Source: a virus (taxonomy: Duplodnaviria > Heunggongvirae > Uroviricota > Caudoviricetes). Taken from it: 30,075 nucleotides of DNA. The stretch lies in IMG/VR virus record IMGVR_UViG_2563366969_000005; one strand, written 5' to 3'. The translations under genes were made by a program, and so were the position numbers. The notes below the pieces were generated by a model. That model was given only the letters and a program-made list of their open reading frames with translations. It was not told the DNA's origin and did no database searches. Positions 8,077 through 16,910 of this stretch are shown one piece after another; the first letter of the stretch is position 1; every line of letters starts with the position of its first letter.

Positions 8077-8105
8077 AACCGGCACCCTGAATGCCGGTTT
8101 TTTTA
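8077..8105 (+). terminator. Rho-independent terminator ending the early/SOS transcription unit
   Basis: Stem aaccggca (8077-8084) / tgccggtt (8092-8099) with loop ccctgaa, followed by a run of T (through about 8104). Confidence 0.7.
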
Positions 8106-8264
8106 TGCCATTTTTCCGCGAACTTCCCGTTTTTTAGTCGTGCATGCATCAGGTGCATGGTTTTGCATGCGTCAGTCTTGCCCGTTCTGTCCGTGCGCCG
8201 CCAGAGCTAGCGCGGATCCAGAGTTGTCATGCAACTGCATTAAAACCGACCCATAAAGCGGGCA

Positions 8265-8283
8265 GGCGTGGCGGGGAAAGCAT
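8265..8283 (+). other. cos: cos site (19-nt cohesive-end sequence, 186-type)
   Basis: GGCGTGGCGGGGAAAGCAT. As I recall it this is the 186 cohesive end; P2 is GGCGAGGCGGGGAAAGCAC. It lies between the replication/SOS region and the portal gene, as expected in an integrated P2-family genome. Confidence 0.65.
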
Positions 8284-8502
8284 TGCGCGCCAGCAGTGAT
8301 GCGTAATAATAAAAATTATCCTCTGAGCGCGTCGTGATGGCGCTGTCGTGGTCGCTGCTGGTTCGTTGGTGGTCGGGTGTGTTCGTGCGCGTGAGACGCA
8401 TCTGATGCGTGATGGTGGTGTGCATGGAAAAGCCACCAGGAGCAGCGGCTTTACAGGAGTGGCAGGATTCAAACTGCTAATTATGTTTCTACTATGATTA
8501 AA

Positions 8503-9507
8503 CTAATTTACATGTATGTAGAGTTCACCGTCGCCAGACCAATCGGGACACTCTAAAACAAGCCCAAACTGCTTGAATATTTCATCAATGATTATTGTTA
8601 TCTCCCGAAAATCACCAAAACCTGTAATGTGCTGGTCATTAAACTTCCCATAAAGATTCTGAAAAGCAATGCCTAATTCTGATAATTGATATCTTATATT
8701 TGAGTTGGATAGTGTAAGGGATAGCTTTGGATCGTATTCTTTAATATTGATGTTTAGAGAATGGACATAACCCATCGCATAAGCATAAGAGTTGATGATT
8801 AGCCTGATACGTTTTTTTACTTCGAGATACATGTCATTCAGAGAAATATTACCGTACTTATAACCCCAGATGAGTTTTTCAATCTCGTCAGATACTTCAT
8901 TTACAACAGTGTCAAGATTCTCTAAAAATAAATCGATAGTTTCTTGAGGGGCAGACCCCGAAGACATGTAATTAGCGAGATATTCAGACCATGCACGCGT
9001 GGCTGAGATAAGAAGCGCGCTACCATACTCGTTGACTGTAAAGTTTTGGGCTAAGCATGTTAGTAAGTTTTTTTCATGTACGTGCACTAATTCATGGTGA
9101 ATGCGATGGATGACTGCGAGGTATCCTTCTTCTTTCAGTTTTAAGAAGCTACCATCATTGAAAAGCTCAACAAAAAAATCAATCGATAGCACAAGGGTAT
9201 ATTCTTCACATAGCCCATCATTGCCAATTTTTGTTACTAACTGCCCGACGGCTGCGCCCTGTTTGCTATTGGTAAATGAACTAGGGGATTTGTGTTGGTA
9301 AGAGGATGTTACCTTTTGAAGAGCTTCACTGAAGTTATAGGAAACAATCACGCATTTTAATTTGGAGATATCAAGATTGAGATTTTTTGTTAAAGCTCGG
9401 ATAGCTTCTAGTGTGAAATTACCGATATTATTTGCTTCTTGCTCAGTAGCGAAACCTTCGAGGGTTATTTTAAAATCAGTTTCCAAAATATTAATCTCCG
9501 CGCCCAT
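8503..9507 (-). CDS. AT-rich cargo protein of unknown function with His-rich HExxH motif; candidate anti-phage defence or exclusion gene
   Basis: 334-aa ORF, conspicuously AT-rich against a GC-rich backbone. Contains IHRIHHELVHVHEKN (HELVH is an HExxH pattern in a His cluster). Lies between cos and the portal gene, downstream of Q on the same strand. Weak Shine-Dalgarno. No family recognised. Confidence 0.8.
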   Translation of the reverse strand: MGAEINILETDFKITLEGFATEQEANNIGNFTLEAIRALTKNLNLDISKLKCVIVSYNFSEALQKVTSSYQHKSPSSFTNSKQGAAVGQLVTKIGNDGLCEEYTLVLSIDFFVELFNDGSFLKLKEEGYLAVIHRIHHELVHVHEKNLLTCLAQNFTVNEYGSALLISATRAWSEYLANYMSSGSAPQETIDLFLENLDTVVNEVSDEIEKLIWGYKYGNISLNDMYLEVKKRIRLIINSYAYAMGYVHSLNINIKEYDPKLSLTLSNSNIRYQLSELGIAFQNLYGKFNDQHITGFGDFREITIIIDEIFKQFGLVLECPDWSGDGELYIHVN

Positions 9508-9525
9508 TGTTTTGATATTCGATGC

Positions 9526-9554
9526 ACTATAGCTTTCGCAGATTGCATCTTCAA
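9526..9554 (-). promoter_or_regulatory. Putative sigma70 promoter for the cargo gene at 8503-9507
   Basis: On the minus strand: TTGAAG (-35, plus coordinates 9549-9554), a 17-nt spacer, then TATAGT (-10, plus coordinates 9526-9531), about 20 nt upstream of the ATG at 9507. Lies in the 77-bp gap after the Q stop. Confidence 0.45.
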
Positions 9555-9584
9555 TAATGAGCGCAGAGATTGTGGCGGCCTAAG

Positions 9585-10631
9585 TTATTCTGGGTTGTCG
9601 AGGGTGTACTCTTTGAATCTGATGACCTCCATGCCGAGCCAGTCATTTACCTCCCTGAACCTGTCCTGTAGCGGCGACAGCTCGTTGCGCACAAATACCT
9701 TTGCCACCTTCTCAACATCACCGAGTGAACCGATATTCTCGGGCTTGCCGCCCATGAGCTGGAACGGTACGCGGTGCGCGTCCATCAGATCGGCGGCACT
9801 GGCCTTCTTGATGTTGAAAAAGTCATCCTTTGTGGCGACCTCGCTCAGTGGCACGATTTTGATGCCGTCCGGTTTTCCGCCGGGAGCGTAGAAAAACAGG
9901 TTCTTAAAGTTGCCGAGCCCTTTTGAGTTGCGCATCGCCTCGCGCAGCGATTCGACGTCGGTCGCGCTCTGCGCCGGGTCAGTCACATACATGATGTAAC
10001 CCGCGTGCGCGCCGTTCTGATAATACTTGCGGCGGAACAGCGTCGCGGATTCATTCAGCCAGGCGGAATTTAGCGCGCTGAGATATTCGGGCAGGCCGTA
10101 AATCTCCTGATTAATGTCGGGCTCCAGCAGGTGAAACACGGTATCAGGCGCGAACTCGTGCGGCTGGGTGAAGTTTTCCACAAACCAGAAAATCGAATCG
10201 TCGACTCCGCGTCGGGTGTATTTGGCTGGCGAGGCCAGCAGTTTGATTAACTGGCCGGTGACGCTGTGGCGCTGCTCAAGAAAGGCGTTACCGAACACCA
10301 GATAATCGAGCGCAAAGCGGCTGAAATCCTGACGGGATAACAACGGGTGCGGAATGTAGGTGCTCGCGAGCACGTTACGCTTAACATAAATTGGCGAGCT
10401 GTGATGCACGGCAGAGCGCAGGCTCTTTGCCAGCCCTGAGAAGCTGACCGGCGGCTCGTACCATTTGCCGTTACTGATGCACTCGACGTAATCCAGAATG
10501 TCGCGCTTATCGAGTACCGGCACCGGCTCGCCGAAGGTGAACGCTGTCGTTTTTGGCGGTGTGCTGGCGGTCAGTTGTTGTGGTTTGCTGGCCTTTTGTG
10601 CGTTGGCTTTACGGGATTTTTGTTTACCCAT
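9585..10631 (-). CDS. Q: Portal protein (P2 gpQ-like)
   Basis: 348-aa ORF immediately downstream of the large terminase on the same strand, with the size and position of P2 Q. Assigned by synteny and length. Confidence 0.88.
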   Translation of the reverse strand: MGKQKSRKANAQKASKPQQLTASTPPKTTAFTFGEPVPVLDKRDILDYVECISNGKWYEPPVSFSGLAKSLRSAVHHSSPIYVKRNVLASTYIPHPLLSRQDFSRFALDYLVFGNAFLEQRHSVTGQLIKLLASPAKYTRRGVDDSIFWFVENFTQPHEFAPDTVFHLLEPDINQEIYGLPEYLSALNSAWLNESATLFRRKYYQNGAHAGYIMYVTDPAQSATDVESLREAMRNSKGLGNFKNLFFYAPGGKPDGIKIVPLSEVATKDDFFNIKKASAADLMDAHRVPFQLMGGKPENIGSLGDVEKVAKVFVRNELSPLQDRFREVNDWLGMEVIRFKEYTLDNPE

Positions 10632-10632
10632 T

Positions 10633-12402
10633 TTAGTTGAACTCCAGAATAGATTTAGGCTGCATGCCGCTACCGGCAGAAAGCGGTTCGTTTAACAGGG
10701 CGTGCATGGTCGCCCATGCGATATCGGCGTGGCTGGCTTCCTCGGTGCGGCTGGCCTCATAGGTGGCGCTGCGCCCGCTGCTGGTCATGGTTTTGCGGAT
10801 GGACATAAACGACTGCGTGACGTCGGTTGCTCCGGCGTCGTACTCCAGACAGCCACGGCGAATGGTGTCTTTCGCCTTGAGTACCATTGCGGTTTTCATT
10901 TCAGGTGTGTAACGGATGCCGCGTGCCGCCGGGTAAAATGAGCGCACCAGCTGGAACACGCCGAGACCGAGGCCGGTTGCGTCAATGCCGATGTATTCGA
11001 CGTTGTATTTCTCGGTCAGCTTGCGGATGCCCTCTGCCTGTGCTGCAAAATCCATGCCCTTCCACTGGTGGCGCTCCAGCATGCGGAACTTGCCACCAGA
11101 GACCACCGGCGGCGCGAGCACGACGCACCCGGCACTGTCGCCGGTGTGTGACGGGTCGTAGCCAATCCAGACAGGACGAGAGCCGAACGGATGGTCGGCG
11201 AACGGGGCAAAGTCCTCCCATTCCTCCATCACATCGACCATGCAGCGCTGCAGCTCCTCGAACGGGAATACCGACGCTTTATCGTCGACAAACTCGCACA
11301 TAAACAGGTTCTTAAAGTCCTCATCACTGTTTTCGCGTTTGAGCTGGTCGAGGTCGAACAGGGTGCAGCCACCCGCAAGGGCGTCCTCAATGGTGACAAT
11401 CTGCCGCCACTGGCCATCGTCGCAGAGCTGGCCACCGGCGAGCGCGCTGTGACTGATGTCGATTTCGATGCGGTCGGCAATCCGGCTGCGCCCCTTGTTG
11501 AACAGCTCGCCAGACCAGAAGGGGTAAGCGCCGTGCGCCAGCGTGGAAGGTGTCGAAAAATAGGTCGAGCGCAGGTGCTTTTGCGAGGCCATGCCCGAGG
11601 CGACTTTGCGCAGTTTCTGAAAATTCGGGATCCAGAATATTTCATCGACATACAGATCGCCGTTATGGCTCTGCGCGGTGTTGGAATTGGTACCGAGAAA
11701 AATCAGTTTTGCGCCGTTGTTACCGATGACAATCGGGTCGCCAGTCAGGTCAACGTCGACCAGTCGCGCAAACTGGATGATGTATTCGCGGAACACGTAA
11801 GCCTGCGTTTTACTGGCTGATAAAAATATCTGGTTATGGCCGGTTTTGAGTGCGCGCAGCAGTGCCTCGCGGGAGAAATAGAATGTCGCGCCAATCTGGC
11901 GGGATTTGAGAATGTCACGAATACGGTGCTCCAGTCCTGCGCGGTACCACTGCAACTGGTACTCGAAAGACTGGTCGAAAAATAATTCCTCTAGTTTATC
12001 GATAGCCTCGTCGCTGAAAAAATTCTTTTTCGGCTTTTTGCGCTCCCCTTTGTTGCGGTTGGCGACGTTGGGGTTAAGGTCGGCTTCGTTGCCGGTCTGG
12101 CTGTAGCGGTTGACTCGCGCCAACCGTTCAATCTGCCGTCCGAGTAGGTCAATCTCTTTGAAATCACCCCCTGTCTTTTGCGGCTTGGCGATGAGCTGAA
12201 TCAGCCTAGCCTCAAGGCTGCTTTCAACGCGGGAAATCGGCGCGATGCCGTCCCAGCCGTCGCGCTGCTTCCAGCTCTGCACGGTCGGGCGCTTGACCTG
12301 CAGCATTTCGGCAATCTGTGGCACGGAAAAACCCTGCCAGTAAAGCAGCGATGCCTGCCGTCGCGGGTCATGCAACAAGGTTGTATCGGTGGAATTGGTC
12401 AT
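10633..12402 (-). CDS. P: Terminase large (ATPase) subunit (P2 gpP-like)
   Basis: 589-aa ORF transcribed divergently from O-N-M-L, forming the P-Q operon as in P2. Confidence 0.9.
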   Translation of the reverse strand: MTNSTDTTLLHDPRRQASLLYWQGFSVPQIAEMLQVKRPTVQSWKQRDGWDGIAPISRVESSLEARLIQLIAKPQKTGGDFKEIDLLGRQIERLARVNRYSQTGNEADLNPNVANRNKGERKKPKKNFFSDEAIDKLEELFFDQSFEYQLQWYRAGLEHRIRDILKSRQIGATFYFSREALLRALKTGHNQIFLSASKTQAYVFREYIIQFARLVDVDLTGDPIVIGNNGAKLIFLGTNSNTAQSHNGDLYVDEIFWIPNFQKLRKVASGMASQKHLRSTYFSTPSTLAHGAYPFWSGELFNKGRSRIADRIEIDISHSALAGGQLCDDGQWRQIVTIEDALAGGCTLFDLDQLKRENSDEDFKNLFMCEFVDDKASVFPFEELQRCMVDVMEEWEDFAPFADHPFGSRPVWIGYDPSHTGDSAGCVVLAPPVVSGGKFRMLERHQWKGMDFAAQAEGIRKLTEKYNVEYIGIDATGLGLGVFQLVRSFYPAARGIRYTPEMKTAMVLKAKDTIRRGCLEYDAGATDVTQSFMSIRKTMTSSGRSATYEASRTEEASHADIAWATMHALLNEPLSAGSGMQPKSILEFN

Positions 12403-12567
12403 TGATGCCTCGCCGTAGTGGATTCAGGGCAAGGCTACTTAATGGCCGTCAGTGATTCGCTAAGGTGCTGTTGTGTGGGCGGTTGTCCAGTCGTCATTGG
12501 TGGTCTGGCGTGTCCTGAGTCTGGAAACTGGCGGTGACCAGTAACCTCAACCTCAGGACTCCTGACA

Positions 12568-13422
12568 ATGGCAAAAAAAGTCTCAAAATTCTTTCGCATC
12601 GGCGTCGAGGGTGACACCTGCGACGGCCGCATTATCAGCGGCAACGATATTCAGGAAATGGCCGAATCGTTTGACCCTCGCGTCTACGGTTGCCGCATTA
12701 ACCTTGAGCATATTCGCGGTCTCTTTCCTGATGGCGACTTCAAACGCTTAGGCGATGTGGTTGAACTGAAAGCTGAAATAATTGACGACGATTCTGCGCT
12801 TAACGGCAAATGGGCGTTGTTCGCCAGAATCACCCCAACCGACGACCTGATTGCGATGAATAAAAAATTGCAGAAGGTCTACACCTCAATGGAAATTCAG
12901 CCGAATTTTGCCAATACCGGCAAATGCTACCTCGTCGGCCTTGCTGTCACCGATGACCCGGCGAGCCTCGGCACTGAATACCTCGAATTCTGCCGCAACG
13001 CGAAGCACAACCCTCTGCAGCGCTTTAAGGCCAACCCTGAAAACGTCTTTTCCGCTGCCACGCTGGCCGAACTGGAATTTGAAGACGTTCCCGATACGGT
13101 GCTAAACAGCCTGGCAGATAAGGTGAAAGCCATTTTCAGCCGTAAGCAGGTCAGCGACGATGCGCGCCTGAATGATGTGCATGAAGCGGTGACCACCGTC
13201 AGCGAGGATGTGCAGACCAACCTCACTGCGCAGGATAAGCGTCTTTCCGCTATGGAAGCCGCGCTTACCACCTTTAAACAGGAACTGACCGGCAAGATTG
13301 AAGAAACCAGCCAGGCATTTTCCGCCCTGAAAGCCACCCTCGACAAAACCGAAAGTTTCAGCCAGCCGCGACGCACGAAAGCCAGCGGCGGTGGTGGCGA
13401 TGAGCTGCTGACCGACTGCTGA
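12568..13422 (+). CDS. O: Capsid scaffolding protein (P2 gpO-like)
   Basis: 284-aa ORF, first gene of the rightward head operon. N-terminus MAKKVSKFFRIGVEGDTCDGR... matches my recollection of gpO-family scaffolds. Confidence 0.9.
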   Translation: MAKKVSKFFRIGVEGDTCDGRIISGNDIQEMAESFDPRVYGCRINLEHIRGLFPDGDFKRLGDVVELKAEIIDDDSALNGKWALFARITPTDDLIAMNKKLQKVYTSMEIQPNFANTGKCYLVGLAVTDDPASLGTEYLEFCRNAKHNPLQRFKANPENVFSAATLAELEFEDVPDTVLNSLADKVKAIFSRKQVSDDARLNDVHEAVTTVSEDVQTNLTAQDKRLSAMEAALTTFKQELTGKIEETSQAFSALKATLDKTESFSQPRRTKASGGGGDELLTDC

Positions 13423-13498
13423 TAAACCGCAGACCAGAAACCGGGCGGTAACTCCGCCCGATGCAGTGACTAACCGATAAATTCAAACAGGAAATACT

Positions 13499-14566
13499 AT
13501 GCGCCCGGAAACCCGTTTTAAGTTCAATGCCTATCTGACCCGCGTCGCTGAGCTGAACGGCATCAGCACTGATGACGTCAGTAAAAAATTCACCGTCGAG
13601 CCGTCCGTCACGCAAACGCTGATGAACAAAGTGCAGGAGTCATCCGCGTTTCTGCAGACGATTAACATTCTGCCGGTCGCAGAAATGAAGGGTGAGAAAA
13701 TCGGCGTCGGTGTGACCGGTACTATCGCCAGCACGACCGACACCTCGGGCGATGATGAGCGTAAGACCGCAGACTTCACCGCGCTTGAGTCCAACAAGTA
13801 CGAGTGCGACCAGATTAACTTTGACTTCCATCTGAAATATAAAACCCTCGACCTGTGGGCGCGTTTTCAGGACTTTCAGCGCCGCATCCGTGACGCCATT
13901 GTTAAGCGTCAGGCGCTCGATTTCATCATGGCCGGTTTTAACGGTACCACCCGCGCCGCCACCTCTGACCGCACCAAAAATCCGATGCTGCAGGATGTAG
14001 CCGTCGGCTGGCTGCAGAAATACCGCAACGAAGCCCCGACGCGTGTGATGAGCAATATCACCGATGCTGACGGTAAGGTCGTTTCGGCAGTGATTCGCGT
14101 CGGTAAAAACGGCGACTATGAGAACCTCGACGCGCTGGTGATGGATGCTACCAACAACCTGATTGACGAGGTTTATCAGGATGACCCGAAACTCGTTGCC
14201 ATCGTTGGCCGTAAGCTGCTGGCCGACAAATATTTCCCACTGGTGAACAAGCCGCAAGAAAACAGCGAAGCGCTCGCGGCAGATATCATCATCAGCCAGA
14301 AGCGAATCGGCAACCTGCCTGCTGTGCGTGTGCCGTACTTCCCGGCGAATGCCGTGTTAGTGACAACGCTGGAAAACCTCTCTATCTATTTCATGGATGA
14401 GAGCCACCGCCGCAGCATTGATGAAAACCCGAAAAAAGACCGCGTGGAAAACTACGAGTCAATGAATATCGACTATGTGGTCGAGGCGTATGCCGCCGGG
14501 TGTCTGCTGGAAAACATCACCCTGGGCGATTTCACCGCACCTGCAGCACCGGAAAGCGGAGAGTAA
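13499..14566 (+). CDS. N: Major capsid protein (P2 gpN-like)
   Basis: 355 aa. MRPETRFKFNAYLTRVAELNGIS...FTVEPSVTQTLMNKVQESS... is closely similar to P2 gpN as I recall it. Confidence 0.93.
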   Translation: MRPETRFKFNAYLTRVAELNGISTDDVSKKFTVEPSVTQTLMNKVQESSAFLQTINILPVAEMKGEKIGVGVTGTIASTTDTSGDDERKTADFTALESNKYECDQINFDFHLKYKTLDLWARFQDFQRRIRDAIVKRQALDFIMAGFNGTTRAATSDRTKNPMLQDVAVGWLQKYRNEAPTRVMSNITDADGKVVSAVIRVGKNGDYENLDALVMDATNNLIDEVYQDDPKLVAIVGRKLLADKYFPLVNKPQENSEALAADIIISQKRIGNLPAVRVPYFPANAVLVTTLENLSIYFMDESHRRSIDENPKKDRVENYESMNIDYVVEAYAAGCLLENITLGDFTAPAAPESGE

Positions 14567-14570
14567 GCCC

Positions 14571-15320
14571 ATGACGAGCCCCGCACAGCGTCACATGATG
14601 CGGGTCTCGGCCTCTCAAGCCGCGCAGCGGGAACAAGCCCCGCTGCGCCATGCAACCGCCTACGAGCAGATGCTGGTAAAGCTGGCCGATGACCGCCGCA
14701 CGTTGAAAACCATCCGTTCAAACGAACTGAAAGCCGCGAAAAAGCGTGAGCTGCTGCCGTTCTATGCGCCGTGGGTCGCCGGTGTGCTGGCTGATGGCCG
14801 TGGTGCGCAGGATGACATTCTGATGACAGTCATGCTGTGGCGTCTCGATGCCGGTGATATCGCTGGCGCGCTGGAAATTGCGCCATACGCGCTGAAGCAC
14901 GGCCTCACCTCTGACTATCGCCGCACGACACCTTACATGCTGGTTGAGGAGGTGGCGCTTGCCGCGCTGCGCCTGCGCGATGCCGGTGAGCCTGTCGACC
15001 TCGCATTACTGCTGACCCCCCTTAGCCTGACCGACGGCGCTGACGTTCCCGATATGGTGCGCGCTCGACTGCATAAGGTGACCGGTCTAACCCTGCGCGA
15101 TGCCGGTCAGAGCGCCGAAGCACTGGCACAGTTTCAGCGCGCGATGCAGCTCGACCGCAATGCCGGTGTGCGCAAAGAGATTGAGCGACTGGAGCGGGCA
15201 TTGAAGCCTAAGCCCGATGCCGCGCCCCGTAAAACGACTAAACCGCGCACGCGCAAACCTGCCACCAAACCGGCGGCAAAGCGCGGGCGTCCACCAAAGG
15301 CGGTAAAAACCGCCGGTTAA
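14571..15320 (+). CDS. M: Terminase small (endonuclease) subunit (P2 gpM-like)
   Basis: ATG at 14571 (MTSPAQRHMMRVSASQ...) with GGAAAGCGGAGAG upstream. The ORF-track 14475 start overlaps the N gene end and is rejected. Pro/Lys/Arg-rich C-terminus typical of gpM. Confidence 0.9.
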   Translation: MTSPAQRHMMRVSASQAAQREQAPLRHATAYEQMLVKLADDRRTLKTIRSNELKAAKKRELLPFYAPWVAGVLADGRGAQDDILMTVMLWRLDAGDIAGALEIAPYALKHGLTSDYRRTTPYMLVEEVALAALRLRDAGEPVDLALLLTPLSLTDGADVPDMVRARLHKVTGLTLRDAGQSAEALAQFQRAMQLDRNAGVRKEIERLERALKPKPDAAPRKTTKPRTRKPATKPAAKRGRPPKAVKTAG

Positions 15321-15335
15321 CTGAACGCTCCCCGA

Positions 15336-15385
15336 GCCGGTCGCCGTCAGGGTCAAAGCGGGTTTTGACCCTGACGGCGACCGGC
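15336..15385 (+). other. Perfect 22-bp inverted repeat (stem-loop) between M and L
   Basis: gccggtcgccgtcagggtcaaa (15336-15357) and tttgaccctgacggcgaccggc (15364-15385) are exact reverse complements, with a 6-nt loop. No U-tract follows on either strand, so it is not a canonical intrinsic terminator. Confidence 0.6.
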
Positions 15386-15413
15386 GTCCACCGCCCAACC
15401 TAATGAGGTTGTC

Positions 15414-15923
15414 ATGACGACAGTAATACTGAATCAGCCCGACGAACCGCAGGACGTACCGGGCGTGGTGATTCCCGCACCGGAGACGGGCGACGCAGTG
15501 ATTAAAAACACGTTCTTTTTCCCTGATGTGGATCCGAAGCGGGTGCGCGAGCTGATGCGCCTTGAGCAGACGGTTTCCGATGCGCGCCTGCGCAACGCCA
15601 TCAAGACCGGCATGGCGGAAACCAATGCGGAGCTTTACGACTACCGGCTGCGCCAGATTGCCGCAGGGTTTAAGACACTGGCCGACGTGCCTGACGCCGA
15701 GGAAATCGACGGCGAGAATGTGCGCGTTTTCCACTACCTCAGCGCCGTGACGGCGATGGCGACCGCCACCCTGTATGAGCGTTATCGCGGGGTTGAGGCC
15801 ACCGGCAAGGGTGACAAAAAAGCCGACAGCGTCGAAACCACCATTGATGACCTGTGGCGGGATATGCGCTGGTCGGTCTCGCGCCTGCAGGATAAGCCGC
15901 GCTGTATCGTGGGTCAGCTCTGA
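15414..15923 (+). CDS. L: Head completion/stabilisation protein (P2 gpL-like)
   Basis: 169-aa ORF after M with GAGG upstream. Position and size match gpL. Confidence 0.85.
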   Translation: MTTVILNQPDEPQDVPGVVIPAPETGDAVIKNTFFFPDVDPKRVRELMRLEQTVSDARLRNAIKTGMAETNAELYDYRLRQIAAGFKTLADVPDAEEIDGENVRVFHYLSAVTAMATATLYERYRGVEATGKGDKKADSVETTIDDLWRDMRWSVSRLQDKPRCIVGQL

Positions 15924-16126
15924 TGAAAGTCTACGCGATGCAGGGCGACACCATCGACGCGCTTTGTGCCCGGTATTACGGGCGCACTGAGGGCGTGGTC
16001 GAGGCGGTGCTGCAGGCTAATCCCGGTCTGTCTGAGCTGGGCGTCATTCTGCCGCATGGCACGGCAATTGACCTGCCCGACGTGGCATCGTCACCCGTAA
16101 CAGAAACTATCAACCTTTGGGAGTAA
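15923..16126 (+). CDS. X: Tail protein X (P2 gpX-like)
   Basis: 67-aa ORF MKVYAMQGDTIDALCARYYGRTEGVVEAVLQANPGL... as in P2 X. Confidence 0.85.
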   Translation: MKVYAMQGDTIDALCARYYGRTEGVVEAVLQANPGLSELGVILPHGTAIDLPDVASSPVTETINLWE

Positions 16127-16129
16127 ACC

Positions 16130-16426
16130 ATGACAGAAGGGGAAAAAGGCGTCCTGTCACTGTTTGTGATTGGCGTGATGATTGTTGTCGGAAAAGTGCT
16201 GGCGGGTGGTGAGCCCATTACCCCGCGCCTGTTTATCGGCCGCATGCTGCTCGGCGGTTTTGTTTCAATGGTCGCCGGTGTTGTTCTGGTGCAGTTTCCA
16301 GATATGTCACTGCCTGCCGTTTGTGGGATTGGATCCATGCTCGGCATTGCAGGTTATCAGGTGGTGGAAATCGCCATTCAGCGCCGCTTTAAGTCACAAA
16401 AGGGGGATAGCGATGCCGGTCATTAA
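16130..16426 (+). CDS. Y: Holin (P2 gpY-like)
   Basis: 98 aa with two to three hydrophobic TM segments and a charged C-terminus. Located directly before the lysozyme gene. Confidence 0.85.
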   Translation: MTEGEKGVLSLFVIGVMIVVGKVLAGGEPITPRLFIGRMLLGGFVSMVAGVVLVQFPDMSLPAVCGIGSMLGIAGYQVVEIAIQRRFKSQKGDSDAGH

Positions 16427-16910
16427 TACTCACCAGAATATCGCCGCGTTTCTGGACATGCTGGCCTATTCCGAAGGGACGGCGACGCATCCGCTGACGA
16501 AAAATCGTGGTTACGACGTCATTGTCACTGGCATTGATGGCAAGCCGGAAATTTTCACCGACTACACCGACCACCCTTTCGCACATGGCAGACCAGCGAA
16601 AGTGTTTAATCGACGCGGCGAAAAATCCACGGCATCAGGGCGTTACCAGCAGCTTTATCTCTACTGGCCGCACTATCAGAAACAGCTCGCATTGCCTGAT
16701 TTCAGCCCGTTGTCGCAGGACAAACTTGCGATTCAGTTAATCCGGGAGCGCGGTGCCATTGAGGATATTAAAGCGGGGCGTATTGAGCGAGCAATTTCAC
16801 GTTGCCGCAATATATGGGCGTCGCTACCGGGTGCAGGTTACGGCCAGCGTGAGCACAGCCTCGACAAACTGGTCACTGTGTGGCGCACGGCTGGCGGGGT
16901 GATGGCATGA
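16413..16910 (+). CDS. K: Endolysin / lysozyme (P2 gpK-like)
   Basis: Start at MPVINTHQNIAAFLDMLAYSEGT... (ATG 16413, AGGGGGATA upstream). The ORF-track 16182 start runs through the holin gene in another frame and is rejected. Motif FLDMLAYSEGT is typical of this lysozyme family. Confidence 0.9.
   Translation: MPVINTHQNIAAFLDMLAYSEGTATHPLTKNRGYDVIVTGIDGKPEIFTDYTDHPFAHGRPAKVFNRRGEKSTASGRYQQLYLYWPHYQKQLALPDFSPLSQDKLAIQLIRERGAIEDIKAGRIERAISRCRNIWASLPGAGYGQREHSLDKLVTVWRTAGGVMA

Noticed and set aside
7958-8158. 66-aa minus-strand ORF overlapping the intrinsic terminator at 8077-8105
   Set aside because: It reads through a terminator hairpin and has no RBS. Probably spurious.
8227-8472. 81-aa and 61-aa minus-strand ORFs spanning the cos region
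   Set aside because: They overlap the cohesive-end site and its GT-skewed flank, have no RBS and a Pro/Thr/Arg-rich composition. More likely non-coding packaging-recognition sequence.
12403-12567. Specific divergent late promoters between P and O with Ogr/B binding dyads
   Set aside because: Divergent late promoters are expected here by synteny, but I found no convincing TGT-N12-ACA dyad by eye, so no specific site is reported.
16182-16910. 242-aa extended lysozyme ORF
   Set aside because: The N-terminal extension is an alternate frame through the holin gene. The ATG at 16413 has a strong RBS and gives a lysozyme of the expected size.
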